Assembly (NCBI RefSeq): GCF_009914755.1 | Contig: NC_060927.1 | Reading direction: 5' to 3' (one strand) | Source: the human T2T-CHM13v2.0 reference genome, Homo sapiens | DNA length: 64,000 bases | Shown here: one piece after another, positions 49,311 through 63,505 of the stretch | How the letters are laid out: every line of letters starts with the position of its first letter | Numbering within the stretch: position 1 is the first letter of the stretch | Notes under the pieces: generated by a model | Told to the model about the DNA's origin: nothing | What the model saw: the letters and a program-made list of their open reading frames with translations, nothing else | Databases searched by the model: none | Program-made: the position numbers and the translations under genes

Positions 49311-49600
49311 TAGGTAGTAATTGCAAGCTCACAAATTCTGACTGAAAAACTTTCCTAGTTCAAATTTAGTGAACTGGACACAATCTGAATTGATCCATAA
49401 TCAGCCTGGTTTTGTGATTAGATGGGTCATTGTGCACAGTTGTAATATTAAGAAGAACAATCATGAGCTCTTTTTTGCAAATTGACATTTTAAAACTTGG
49501 GGAAACATTTTTAGAGGAAGGCTGCTAGGAGGAGGGAAGAATATAAATATGTCACATTCCATTTGTATTAATAAATATATTTTAAAAACCATTTCCTTAG

Positions 49601-49910
<310 letters not shown>

Positions 49911-51242
49911 TGATATTTCATTTTAGTATAACATGTTATATCAATAAAATATCAAACATTAAGAATAATTTGATAAATATGTATACATATGCCCAGATTT
50001 ATACATCTGTACCTACATAGGTATATACAATTACCTAAGTACACATATCAGCTTGCTAGTTTACGTGGTGTCAGTGACATATTTATCCCTATATATGCTT
50101 ATATGTTGTTTCAAGTTTAATTCTTTCTGATGAATGTCTGGATGTATGATCCAAGTAGGATTTTTAAGTTTCTAGAATGGATTTCTATTTGCCTGGCACT
50201 GAAAATATGAGCAAGAAATGTGAACTCTTCCCCATATCTTTGCTTTTCAGGAGTTATCACTAAAGCAGATCTGTACAATTGACTCCTATACTATGAAGCT
50301 CATATTGGATTTCAATGTGTGGCTTTAAACCCCAGGCATGGTCCAATTTTCTGAATTATTCACACATAATCACTCCAGGGGATTACATTTAAGCATGATG
50401 GGAAAGTGCCTTAAAGCAGGCAGCCATAAAGAGTCTTGCCCTTTAGTAGATATTCAGAATACATTAAGGATGATGATAACATAGCATTCATGCCCTAAGT
50501 GCATTAAATTCACCTATTGAGAGATGATGGGAGAGAGTGATGATTTCAGGTGACTCGGATAAGCATTTAATCACCATTCTCTTCACTTATTTGTTATTAG
50601 AGGAATATGTATTTAAGAAGAAGGAAAAGAAGACTAATTCACTAAGTGGCATTGATTCTACATAATACATAGTCAGACATGCCCATCAAAGTTATGGCTA
50701 TCAGAAATAATAGATTAAGTAAATTGTGTCTCTTAAACTAATAATACAAAAATACTGTTATTACTACTGTGAATAATCATGCTTTTTAAATCCAAATACA
50801 TGTTATTTTCTGAATAAAAAGAGTTAAATAGAGATATTAGCAAAATTCCATCTCACATAGTTTAAAATCACAATTATTTTAAATAAATATTACAAATGAT
50901 TTGGTAAAAAATAAGACTTCATATGTTTAAAAAATATAAAGCCATTTTTGGATTTCTGGGAATATTACAGAAAATGTACAAAAGTTGTCCTATGATAAGT
51001 AAAGTTAGATAAGTATTATAACGTTTGCATAATTTTATAACACAACTTTTTATAAAGTTTGTTTTCATTTAAAAACCCCATTTTCTCAATCTATAAGGTA
51101 ACTAGCTTTAATTATCCAACCATATCACAGTGTACAAGTGCTTTCACGATTGAGGCGTGTGAAAAAGGCTTGATGTTGGTATGAGGTTGGTTTTAATGGC
51201 ACTTTTTTTTTTTTTGCTAAGATAATAGATGTTCTAAAAAAT

Positions 51243-51406
51243 ATTTTAATTTTTATTTTAGGCTCAGGGGCACATGTGCAGGTTTGTTATATAGGTAAAC
51301 TGATGACTTGAGGGTTTGGTGTATATATTATGCCATCACCCTGATAATAAGATAGTGCCGACAGTTTTTTGTTTTTGTTTTTATTTTTTTCTGGACCTCT
51401 TTCTCC
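51243..51406 (-). mobile_element. Older L1PA (about PA13-16) 3' end
   Basis: ttttaggctcaggggcacatgtgcaggtttgttatataggtaaact...gggtttggtgta. Confidence 0.85.
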
Positions 51407-51479
51407 ATGTGAATGAACTTTGAAAAGAGCTTGTACACAATCTACTAAGCAAGAGGATGACTGGTAGAATATTAAGCAT

Positions 51480-51940
51480 GCAGGACCACATCCTATTTAT
51501 CTGTAAACCATGGTAAATTCCAATTACCACTGATGCCTATTAGAAGATTTTAAGCAGTATGATAATATAACATTCAATATTTAAAATGTCACTCTGAGCA
51601 ATTTCTGGAGATGATTAGACAACAAATTGGACACAAGAAAAGCTCAAGAAAAATCAATAATTGGGTAGATTCAAAACATTTTGAACATCAGAAAAAACCC
51701 CAGTGGATTGATTGTAGAGGGTGATGAAGAAAGCAGATGAGAAACAATGTTGGCTGGAATAGAAACACATTGTAGGCAGGAGGAAGAAGGGAAACAGATG
51801 GTCAGTTTACTTTACCAGCAAGGCATCCAACCAGAGACTCGTGGCAATTGAATATATGAGTCTGGTGTTTGGAGTACCGGTCCTAGATATAAGTGTTGTC
51901 AACATAAAAATGGCATTTAAAGCAAATGGGAGGTTGGAAA
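51480..51940 (-). mobile_element. L2 fragment
   Basis: ttagaagattttaagcag...aaaatgtcactctg...gcaattgaatatatgagtctgg...gtcaacataaaaatggcatttaaagc. Confidence 0.65.
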
Positions 51941-52253
51941 TCGACGGTCTGTCCACCCATGAATATTCAGACTACATCTGGGAAGTTAACATTAACTCTC
52001 TACTTTCATAAATGTATTCCAATTTGTTTCTGCTACATTTCACGTTTCCCTTATAATGAGAAATGAAGGAGATAAGAAGAAAACAGTTTAATTTATGCAA
52101 ATACTTCTGTACAGTTTTTACCTTGCCACTCTATTAATATATTGATGTTAGGTGAAATATTTATATGGATTATTTTAATAAAATAAAATTGTTCCTTATT
52201 GATTTAGCAAATATTATTTACTACATATAAAAAGGTTGCTCCAAGGCAATTAA

Positions 52254-52631
<378 letters not shown>

Positions 52632-54100
52632 TTATTTCATATTATTTCTATTAATTTTATTATGTTTGCCTTATATATTGTTTTTAATAATGATTAGTCA
52701 AGAAATAAAAATAGACTTTTAAATAAATTAATTAGTTAAAGTACATTTTAAATATTTTTCTCCAGATTTACAGTTAACAGCTTATTTTCTCATATAGAAA
52801 CATTACATTAGATAAAATTTATTTTGAGTCTATTAGTACAGAATTTATGAAATTTCTGTTTGGTTTCAGGCTGAAATGTGTTTAATATGGGAGACAAAAG
52901 GGAATATGTAATAAAAGGAGGTAATTTATTCTGATGAAAAAATCTTTCCCTGGATTTGTAATATACAACTATATTTTAAAGGATAAAATACCTATGATAT
53001 CTCCAAGATAATTGTGTTTCTTCATGCCCTACAGCCCCAGCTCCCTCAAACAAGAAAATTATATTTAAAAAACCTGTTGTCTACATTTATAAGATGCTCA
53101 AAAATATTTGTTCAGTTGACAATGATTGCAACTAGGTAAAAAGTTGTTATTCTAATTTGAATGATTACACAAATATATTTCCTAATATCCTTCCTTAATG
53201 CACAATTTTCATTTGGCATAGTTTTCCAGTAATTTTAATACAAAGAACATTTTATAATTGTCTTACCTGTGAAAGGAAAATATATATCAAATGGTGACAG
53301 AACTTATATCCAATAACTAGAAGTCTTGCTAACAGTAAAGACACATGTATTAATATTATTCTAAATTCAAATAGTAAATATGTTAATAAGGATAAATATT
53401 AACATTTCAGGTGGCTAAGATAGTACATGAAAATATATAGGTGAGTACTTAGCATATAGTAAGCATTCAGCAAAACATTTACTATAATTATTATTATCAT
53501 TTATTTATTTTATAAAATATTAAATTTTACTTCATGGGACAAAATAATTTGCTTCAAACAAAGCAATGCACACTTAAATAGCTAATGTTTTTGCTCAAAG
53601 TTCTATGCCTTGTGTAGAACTGACATTATCTGTCTATTGGGGAGGAGCTCCATATAATCTGTATATAAACCTGTCTATCACTTTTGTCTTGCTTTTGTTT
53701 ATTATTTGTAGTAATCTCAAGAATAAATATATGATATATGTGCTAAAGGAAACAAAATTATCACCAGTAAACTGAATGAGTTTTTCCATGACAGATTGTT
53801 TTGTATGTAGAATTACCCTAAAGGCTAGCCAAGAAACTGTGTTGGTAGAGATACAAGAATGACATTGTAATAGCCTATTTTGATGGACATAATTCATATG
53901 TGCCTAAATTTTCTAGGTTTCTGAGGCCACAATTTCAAATGTATAAATAAATGCCTAAAGCACCATCCTTTTTCATATGATAAATCCAATATCCTGCTTG
54001 ACATTTTCAAGTATTCTAATGGTGCTTAGATTCACCTGATCACCTACCTTCTCCTTTAAAAACATACATTTTCAAGTAAATTTCTATAAAAAGTATAGGA

Positions 54101-54184
54101 TGTAACAGGTTACAGTGAAATATCATTCCATGAGGAGATGTTAATAAAATACTCCACTGCATTTAATACATAAAGAAAATTTAG
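54101..54184 (+). repeat. Copy 1 of an 84-bp dispersed direct repeat
   Basis: Ungapped match to 55101-55184 with 11 mismatches. Confidence 0.93.
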
Positions 54185-54499
54185 TTTTCCACTCAGCAAA
54201 ATCATTATAGGTTTTAGGATGTGTTTGCAGGGACATTATCAGAAAATAGTGTCATAGGTTCAACTGATAGAACCTAATTACATTTTTGTTTTGCTTTCTT
54301 CCCTTGTAACGTAATCCAGGAGATTCTAAAATTTACATTCACAAAAGACACAGGTGACATACACATACATATGTGTATTAAAGTAAAATTCAAGGTACCG
54401 AGGACATTTTTTCTACGGTATAGAAAATGTTGTTTTTTGAAGCATTGCTTATTTTAGACTTAAGAAATTATTAAATTTTTTTAAAAAAGTCATTATGTA

Positions 54500-54915
54500 A
54501 CCTGTTAGGTAGAAATTTTTTCTGCTCACTATCTTCTTCCCTGGACCCTTCTCAGCTGCAGCTCCATAGAACTGTTACTTGAAAGCCATATTCAGGTTTA
54601 CAGCTTACGTGTGGAAAATATGTCATTGTGCTTTTTTTTTTTCTTTCTGGGAAATGCAAGGAAATTTACACCAGTGGAGTTAACCTTCAACTGACAAGGA
54701 ACTGAAGCCAGTAGATATATGACTCAACCTCTGTCTGTCAAATGCCAAAATCATATTAGATGCTTCTCAGATGTAACACTAATAATCTACCCCATGTCAA
54801 TTTTTTTCCTCCTCTCACTCTCCCTACTCACTCCTGTTTCCTATAATCATGACCAAATAAAGTATCTGTAACTCAAATCTTATCTCAAACACTATTCCAA
54901 AAAACCCAGAAGAAA
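54500..54915 (+). mobile_element. LTR16-like ERVL LTR
   Basis: ttaaccttcaactgacaaggaactgaagccagtagata...ctcactctccctactcactcctgtttcct...ccaaataaagtatctgtaactcaaatcttatctca. Confidence 0.6.
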
Positions 54916-55100
54916 AACACTATATCCCCAACACCTGAAATAGTGCCCAGCACATGGTAGAAATTTATTTATTTACTTATCGGCAGAAGTAAAGAATAAA
55001 TGAAACTTATAGTATGTGAAAAACTCAATTTGAACTTTTAAATATAATATTATATTACATCTTCAGACAAATAAAGGTGATTTAAAATAGAACAGTTACT

Positions 55101-55184
55101 TGTAACAGGTTACAGTGAAATATCATTTCATGAGGAGATGCTAATGAAATATGATACTGCATTTACTATATAAAGACCATTTAG
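55101..55184 (+). repeat. Copy 2 of an 84-bp dispersed direct repeat
   Basis: Ungapped match to 54101-54184. Confidence 0.93.
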
Positions 55185-55418
55185 CTCTTATTCAACATAT
55201 AAAACCTAATTATTTAATTAAATATGACAAAAGTATTGTGGTTTAATATGTTTTAAATGTATCAACTGGATGTGGCCAGTTTTATTCCTAAATATCAAAT
55301 TGAATTCATCCATTATTATCTGTTTTGTCTAGTTTTAGCTATGGAAGAACTTAAGGGGTATAAAAATACTGATCTTATTCATGTAGCTTATAAATTTGGA
55401 GGAAATCAACTTAATGCA

Positions 55419-55715
55419 TGATATGGTGTGGCTGTGTCTCCACCCAAATCTCATCTTGAATTGTAGCTCCCATAATTACCATGTGTCATGGGAGGGACTC
55501 GGTGGAAGGTAATTGAATCATGGGGGCAGTTTCCCCAAACTGTTCTGGTGATATGCTGCCATGTAAAACATGACTTTGCTCCTCCTTTGCTTTCCACCAT
55601 GATTGTGAGGTCTCCCCAGCCATGTGGAACTGTGAGCCTATTAGATTTTTTTTCCTTTATAAATTACCCAGTCTCGGGTATGTCTTTATTAGCAGCATGA
55701 GAACAGACTAATACA
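55419..55715 (+). mobile_element. THE1C-like MaLR solo LTR with an internal deletion
   Basis: tgatatggtgtggctgtgtctccacccaaatctcatcttgaattgtagctccc...gagaacagactaataca. TSD atgca/atgcc. Confidence 0.92.
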
Positions 55716-55834
55716 ATGCCATTTTACAGAATTATCATTATAACTTACCAGTGTTCCCCTCCATTTTTAATCTGTGCTTTTTATGACCATTTTTAAAAAG
55801 GTATATAACTAACACTAAAATCAACTTATAATTG

Positions 55835-56275
55835 TGAGGCAGGAGAATAGGATCTGAAGACAGGGTTCCTTCATTTCAGCCTCCAATTGCTTGCCAGCTG
55901 CGTGTTCATTTGCATAGGGTGTAACTCCACATCAGCCTCTGATTGGCTGTGGACCCAGTTCCCACTTTAGCCTCTGATTGGCCATGGGCCAACCCTTAAT
56001 TTGCATAGGGTGTAACCAATTGGAAACCTCTAAAGGGTACCTAGGGGTGTTATCAAATTCTTCTAGCTTAATAAAAATCCCGGGAACATTACAGTCTTGG
56101 CTCTTGAGCTGCCTGCTTGAACTTGCTCCCACTTTGTGGAGAGTACTTTCACTTCAATAAATCTGTGCTTTTATTGCTTTGTTCTTTCATTGCTTTGTTT
56201 GTGTGTTTGTCCAATTCTTTGTTCAACATACCAAGAACCTGGATGATTTGTAGTCAAGAGCCTCCACTGGTAACA
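55835..56275 (+). mobile_element. MER51-family solo LTR (ERV1)
   Basis: tgaggcaggagaatagg...repeated cagcctctgattgg and atttgcatagggtgtaac...ctccactggtaaca. Perfect 4-bp TSD attg at 55831-55834 and 56276-56279. Confidence 0.9.
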
Positions 56276-56479
56276 ATTGTATCACTGTTAAAACTACTAT
56301 GGTATTATTTTATTAGCTAAGTGTTATAAACCAAATGAATGACTAGCTTTATGAACATGTGCACCTAATCTCCACTCACTGCCAATATTTGAATAAGCTG
56401 TGCTGGAGTATAACTTATCAAATTATAGTCAAATAAATATAAGATCCTTTTAAGCTTACCTGTATATTAATTTCGTTTA

Positions 56480-57050
56480 TGTTCAAAATTAATGAAAAAA
56501 TAGCCAATGTCATTAGAGAAAGATAAAATATATTTTTAAATGGAAATGTTGGAAATGAAAAGCACAATATCTGGAAAATATAGTGATTGGTAATAATAAT
56601 GAAATGGAGATGGCAGAGAAAAAGAGTCAGGTAACAGATGAATTAAAAATATCCAATCTGAAGAATAAAAAAAAAATAAATGGGCACCACATGAGGGAAC
56701 AATGGGATATTATTAAAAGAGTGGATATATGGGCAACTGGAGTCCCAGAAGAAGAGTAGGTAGAGAATGAAAAATAAAGTATATTTTAAAAAATAATAAC
56801 CAAAAGCTTTTACCATTTGTTAAAAGACATTTATTTAAACATATAAGAAACAGAGAAAGACACAAAATAGCAATTCAAAGAAAAACAAATGTAGACACAT
56901 AGAAATCGAACTAAAAATAAAAAATTGAAAGATAGAGAAAAGTAATACAACAGTACAAATAAATAATTATAATGACAGCACACTTTTTATAAGAATGCAG
57001 AGGCAAGAAAACCTGCTCTAACAAAGTATAAAAGTAATATTCTGTATTTT
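56480..57050 (+). mobile_element. Old L1M ORF1-region fragment
   Basis: A-rich; atccaatctgaagaat..., aactggagtcccagaagaagag, aatgacagcacacttttt resemble L1 ORF1. Confidence 0.6.
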
Positions 57051-57239
57051 CAAGTCACTTGACAGTAAATTGTGCACCGCTTAAAACAAAATTTGCAATC
57101 CTTTGGAGGAAAATAAAGTAACACAATTTGTAGGATGTATAATCTATTGTGTTTCATATACAAAGTTACTAGATATGCCAAAAATAGAAAAATATGAGCT
57201 AGATTCAAAAGAAATATATATGTCAAGTAATGCATGTTA

Positions 57240-57830
57240 TGTTAGGACAGGCTTGTTTTGATTTTGCACTTATCCCTAAGACTGAGTCTTCACATGTGGT
57301 CTCTAGTTCTAAGGCATGGCCCTCTGGGGTCTCAACAGATGTTCGTAGGTATGTATTAACCCCTCTAATTTGGCTGCATTTGAATTCTAAATTATATACC
57401 TCTTGAAACAGGCAAAGGTTGAAGTCTATGCCCATCATGTTAGCCTGCCATCATATTTTTTTTTGTTTATTTTTCTCATTCTGGATTCTGTAAAATTATA
57501 CTCATGTCTGTAAAGTTTATGGGTTAAAAAGGATATGATGAAAATGCACAAGTTCCAAACTTTGTCTTCAGACTTGTCATGTAGTTGAGCATTTCCACTT
57601 GAGCCATGTTACTGTATGGATTAAGGAGTGTCCAGAAAAAAATAATGCATGTAACCTCACCCAGTGTGATTACCTTCTTTCAAGGGTTTATTTGCTTCCA
57701 TTTTCTGCCATCGCTGGTTGCTCTTCAATGCTTTCAAATGATTACTTTTATATTTGTTCAGATTTAGCATTGTTATCTGCAGAAGACTTAGTGTGACACA
57801 AGTTACTTAAGTTACTCTGACCTTAAAAGA
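57240..57830 (-). mobile_element. Old L1M 5'-region fragment (tentative)
   Basis: ctaaggcatggccctctggggtctcaac and ttgttatctgcagaagacttagt resemble antisense L1M 5' ends. Confidence 0.4.
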
Positions 57831-60024
57831 ACTTAACTCAAATTTAATGTTTAAATATATTGCTTTTTTATTTATTCTGTTATCTTCCTTTGACCTTCCA
57901 ATTATGAAAACAGTGGTTTTTCTTTCTTCTTTACAAAGCTGTCACTTATGCCTAATCGATTGAACACTTTTCTATGCTTCCTATCAGATATTTTAAATGT
58001 AGTGATTAATTCTGTGATTGTTTCCTTTTTAATTTTTTTGCTTCACAATTCTTAATATTTTAACATTTAACACTTCTAGTTTGAGTTATTATAATTCAAC
58101 TGTGAGTTCTTGAGACAAAAACACTCTTGAGTGAGTTGTTTGAATCTATAGGAAGCTGTTGATTACAATTTTAATCTCTTCTTCGGCAAATTTCTTATTT
58201 ATCTGGTTCTCTCTCTTTACTAGTTTATTTTTCATATTCCTTTTAAAATTCTTTTCTTCATCACGTAAATAGACAGATTCCTTTTCATTATATTTTAACT
58301 TTGAAGGAAGCAGTAGTTCTTCCTAGACCAGCTGTTTGCAGAAGTACTTTGTGGATGACAGATCGCAAAAGAGAAAAGCTAACAGAAAACCTTCTTGAGA
58401 TACAATGGAGTCTCATATGATGTAGAAATTTGCACAAGGATATCATATGATTTTCCTTTATGGAGCTTGAATTGTCAAGCATCAGTACCAGACACATAAT
58501 GATGTTCAGAAAATATTTGTAAATAAATGAATGAGTTCATAGCTTCATGACATTCTATGATCCCTTGTGTGTTTTATTTGTTTGTCTGTTTGTTGCAGAG
58601 GGTTGTGGTATCATTTATCATCCCATCACCTGATAGGTGGCTTTTTACAGACTTCATATTTCCTCCTTTTCTTCATTGTGTCAAACAGGGCTTAGAGAGG
58701 CTTCCAGGGTAAGCTCTACATACTATTCTTGTTTGAAACAAGTGGCCATTTACTGTTTTCCCTCAAGCCATGACACCTACTTCAGAGACTTAGTGATCTG
58801 TCACTTTTACCAGATATTTGAAGTCAGTGTCCCCTTGGGTGTACTTCATCCACCTAGGTTTGTTATCGGTAAACTTCAGAGGCTCATTGAGGGGTATAGT
58901 ATGGGTAGCTTTGATTTTTATCAGAAATGCTAATTCTATTTCAAAACTTTTTCACATCTATGTCTTCATTTGATTTCGGAGAAAAAAAAGCAAATATCAG
59001 CATCACTACTCTACATTTTAAAGCCAGAAATCTATACTCAGCATTCAAAGCCTTCTTCATTTTTTAAAATTAATAGAATCAAGCCACTCAGGATTTTCAC
59101 AACCATAGTTCAGGATATGTGTCTTAGAAATAGGCAGAAGATAGGGCTTATTAAGTATTATTTCTTCTTTTTGAAAAATAAATACATAAACTTGATAATG
59201 TACAGTATTAAAAATGCAACTTGCACATAAAAATTTGAAGGTTTCAGAATCCAGAATACTTGTTGTTTTCTATGGGAGACCTAAGGGGACAAGAATCATA
59301 TGCCATTCTTATGGACGTTTCTTTCTGCCCTTACTAAAACAGCAACTTCATAACAGACATTCTGAGAATAATTGAACTTGTTTTGGAAAATTTTCGATGT
59401 TTCTAAATTATTAATGATTTTTTTCAGCATTATCTTGGAGGAATAAAAGTGTTATAAACAGTCTCAATGCAATACATGTACAACTACATTACCGTGGCAC
59501 ATTTCAGAATATGCATTTTCTACTAACAGTTGGAGCGTCAATTCATGTCTCGTATCTGAGTAAATAGGTGTAAAGCTATGGAGCCCATGGTGTAAGCACG
59601 TGAGAGGTAAAGCTGCTGTCATGGCTTCACCCTTCTTACTACATGCCATGATTTCCTACTTATATAATTTCTTTTACTTTCTGCATTGAGGGCAAAAAAA
59701 TTACTTAGCTGAACTTTGTTGATGCAATACTCACTGGTCAGAAAATGATTGAGACGTACATATATATACTTTTAACTCAATGTGCAAAATTTTGCTCGTA
59801 TACTTAGGAAAGAGCTGGATAAAATTTTATTTCAAATACTAAATGTATACATTATAGTTTGCTATCTCCAAGGAATACTTAACACAATATATGCATGCAT
59901 TTATTATCTAAATCATTAATTAAAATAAAAATGTAAAATTTGTCTCATTTATAGTTTATAAATTGAAATATCTTTAGATTAAATATTAACAAAGTGTGTA
60001 AGAATTTAAACATGCATTCAGGCT

Positions 60025-60317
60025 GGTCGGGCGCGGTGGCTCACGCCTGTAATCCCAGCAGTTTGGGAGGCTGAGGTGGGTGGATAACGAGGTCAGGAGA
60101 TCGAGACCAGCCTGGCCAACATGGTGAAACCCCGTCTCTACTAAAAATACAAAAATTAGCCAGGTGTGGTGGCGCACGCCTGTAATCTCAGCTACTCGGG
60201 ACGCTGAGGCAGAAAATTGCTTGAACCCGGGAGATGGAGGTTGTGGTGAGCCGACATCGCGACACTGTACTCCAGCCTGGGCGACAGAGCAAGGTTATGT
60301 CTCAAAACAAACAAACA
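60025..60317 (+). mobile_element. AluS (Sg-like)
   Basis: Full-length Alu with a (CAAA)n tail. TSD aaacat(g/a)cattca at 60008-60020 and 60318-60330. Confidence 0.95.
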
Positions 60318-60699
60318 AAACATACATTCAACTGTACTCAGAGACCAGCAACACAAATGAATCTAACAGTGCTGTGAAGCAATTTTACTACCCCTCCCCT
60401 AAAGTATTGACAATCTTCTCCAGTACGACAGCTTATTATAGATGGCTTAAATATGGATATGGTGGCCACATATATTAAAAAATGCTTTATGTATTCTCTT
60501 ATATTCTTCTTGATATATTCATTAAAAATTGATAAGAACAAATAAAAAGCAACATATAAAATAGCAAAAATGTTTATCCTGGTATTTGTGTGTATGTTAT
60601 ACAGGTTACTAATGGTCTGTAGGTAGACTCCTTGTTACTAAATACATTAATAATTAGGAGTCTAGTAAGGTTTTCTACTATTATCAGGTAAATTTTTGA

Positions 60700-62000
60700 A
60701 AATTTATACTTAACTACTCAATTATTTATGTTATATGAATTTTGGAAAGTGTTGGCAATAAGTTGTTCATGGCACTTTCATATTTAAAATCTCTATTATG
60801 CGTGTATTTGGATCCCTTTTTTCATTCCAAATATTTTGTTTCTTTTTTATGTGTGGTTTTCTGTCTCTTTTCTTATGTTTTACTCTCTTTTTCCAGTTGT
60901 GCATTTTTATTAGTCTCAAAAATTAGACTTTGCTTGGGTTAATTTATTTGATTTTTTGTTTCTTATTCTTAGTTTACAATTATAGTTATTTTATTTTTTT
61001 TTTGTTAAATCTGTGCATTCTGGGTAGACAATATGTTCTGGCATGAAAATTGTTCTTTGATATTACAGTGGTTTTGAATGATTTCATCCTTCTGATGATA
61101 CTTTTCTTTTTGTTGTAATTCCCTTTTATTTCCTAATAATATATTTTCTTTGCAATTATTATATATAATATTAGAAGAGCTTTGCATATTTTTCTTTGTT
61201 TACTTAGCTTTTCTTGATAGATCTTCCCACTAATTTTATAATTTTCCTGTGGGGATGAGACCATTAACTTTTTGTGGAACTTGCATGTACTTAAGTTCAA
61301 TAGAAAAATACTCATCTTTCTACTAGTAAAGTTAATCTACTTACATTAATTGAATTATTAATGTATTTAAATTCATTTCTGTCATTTTATTTTGTTTTCT
61401 GTTTCTCATACCATTCTTTACTCTTTCTTTATTTCTATTTTTGTTTTCTATTGGACTGGTGTTATTTCTTCCTTTCTCATACTGCCTGACAAGTTAAAAT
61501 CTCTGTTTTATTTTTATATTTTATATTTTATTGGGCATGTTAAATTTGTCCTGTTTTGTTCCATGGGAAATTACACGTGTTCTATAGCATCAGTTTCTAC
61601 TTTCTTTAAGTCTATTTTTTCCTCCATTTTTAATACTCTTCAGTAATGTTCATTTTGTTTTGATAAATGTTATAACATTAGTGCATTTTCAGCAGTATTA
61701 GATCTTATTTGGGCTGCTTCATTTTATTTTTGTGGTGTTTTTAATTTTTCTTGCATTTTATAAGATTTGTCACATCACACCTTTGCTCCTTCTGTTATTT
61801 TGATGTATTTTAACTGAGCTCTTGTATCTCTGCTGTGAGCATCTTTGTAAATTTTATTCATTTAAATTTATAGCAATGCATTTGGTCCCAATATGTGTGT
61901 TTTGTGAAAATATTTACTTGTTTTTCTGTGTTGGGTTCCTTATTTGTTACTAATAATGTATTTATGCAAGTCTTTTCCTGGTTACTATTGTTATTAATAA
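60700..62000 (-). mobile_element. Highly decayed L1M sequence, antisense
   Basis: Strong T skew with L1-like phrases (atctacttacattaattgaattattaatgtatttaaattcatttctgtcatttt). Ends approximate. Confidence 0.45.
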
Positions 62001-62334
62001 TATAAACAATCTTTTAATGAAACTAATTTGTCTAAGACCAGCTACTTGCAGCTGGATGGCATCTTGAGAGAAACCAGGTTAGTGACCCCGGCAAGTAGGG
62101 ATCCTCTTTGATTCATGGCATAGCTTCTAAAGAAAAAGGGTTTTGGAAGTGTGTGGTTATTTCCATTTTAATTTTACTCAGTAAATACAGAACATTAACT
62201 GCAAGACTTCTTACAGGCAATTCACTTCCCTCCTACTGAGCTTCCTGCAAAATGTCATGCCTACTGCTCTTTTCTTAAAATTCGATATTCTGTTCATCAT
62301 GGGTTTTTGCATTAATTTTGATATTTTTAAAGCA

Positions 62335-62440
62335 CTGAATTAAAATATCATTTTTCTTGGCTACTGATGTTTTGTACCCCCTTAAATTTTGCACCCAGGG
62401 TTAATGCCTTGCCTGTCTTACTTTAATGAGACTCCCAGTG
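62335..62440. mobile_element. MER91-like hAT fragment
   Basis: tatcatttttcttgg...cccccttaaattttgcacccaggg. Confidence 0.6.
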
Positions 62441-62625
62441 TCCCTTTTTTTAGCCCTTCCTACTTTGCTATGGTCTCTTATGCAGCTGATAGAGCATCGT
62501 TCCCGTTGTTCCTGTAAGGGGTGTTTTATTTTATATATTTACTCATTAATTTTTTTAATGCTGAACAACTATTTGGAGACCGCTGCTCTTCTGGCTTTAT
62601 CTAAATCATCTGCAGCTACATGAAT

Positions 62626-62627
62626 TG

Positions 62628-62657
<30 letters not shown>
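62626..62657. repeat. (TTTTG)n microsatellite
   Basis: Direct reading. Confidence 0.95.
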
Positions 62658-62658
<1 letters not shown>

Positions 62659-63200
62659 GCTACATCTTCCTGGTAACAGAATATCACTGATCTTCATCAC
62701 CTTTGGCTGTTTTTCTTCGTGCATATAATTTTGGGTTACATCCTCATTTAGTTTACGATAGTGTTTGTGTTTGTCTCTTCATCTTTGGAGGGTGCTCTTT
62801 TAGTGGAGAATATAGCAGAAACGTCATGACGGCATCTTAAAATATGAGTGATAATTTACTTCTTTGGTTCACCTTAGTTATTTTCTCAATATTTCTTTCA
62901 TCTGCACAAGAAAGTACATACCATGAATGTGAAAATGTTTTTTAATATCAATTAAAATTAAATTTAATAAGTGGCTTGAAAATATAAAGTTTAACTCTGT
63001 AAAAATATATTTTGATTGTTGATTATTGCTTTTAAAACTTGTATTTCATGATTGTAATAGCAGATCAAATAATTCAACACGAGTAGTACAGAAGAAATGA
63101 TTGTTGCTGTTTTGACATTAGGGCATTATGACTTTAGGACATCATGTTTATTAAAGTATTAAAATGTTGACACTGTCATTCATTTTATCAACTGGTATCT

Positions 63201-63505
63201 TTTTTTTTTTTTTTTTGAGACGGAGTCTCACTCTGTCCCCCAGGCTGGAGTGCAGTGGAGCGATCTCTGCTCACTGCAAACTGCAAGCTCCGCCTCCTGG
63301 GTTCACGCCATTCTACTGCCTCAGCCTCCTGAGTAGCTGCGACTACAGGTGCCCGCCACCATGCCCGGATAATTTTTTTGTATTTTTAGTAGAGACGGGG
63401 TTTCACCACGTTAGCCAGGATGGTCTCCATCTCCTGACCTCGTGATCCGCCCTCCTCGGCCTCCCAAAGTGCTAGGATTACAGGCGTGAGCCACCGCGCC
63501 CGGCC
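63201..63505 (-). mobile_element. AluY
   Basis: Y diagnostics gcaagctccgcc, ttcacgccattct and gttagccaggatggtctc. TSD gtatcttttt on both sides. Confidence 0.96.

Noticed and set aside
60742-61646. Hydrophobic F/L/I-rich ORFs resembling membrane peptides
   Set aside because: A by-product of T-rich antisense L1M-like DNA; no splice or codon evidence.
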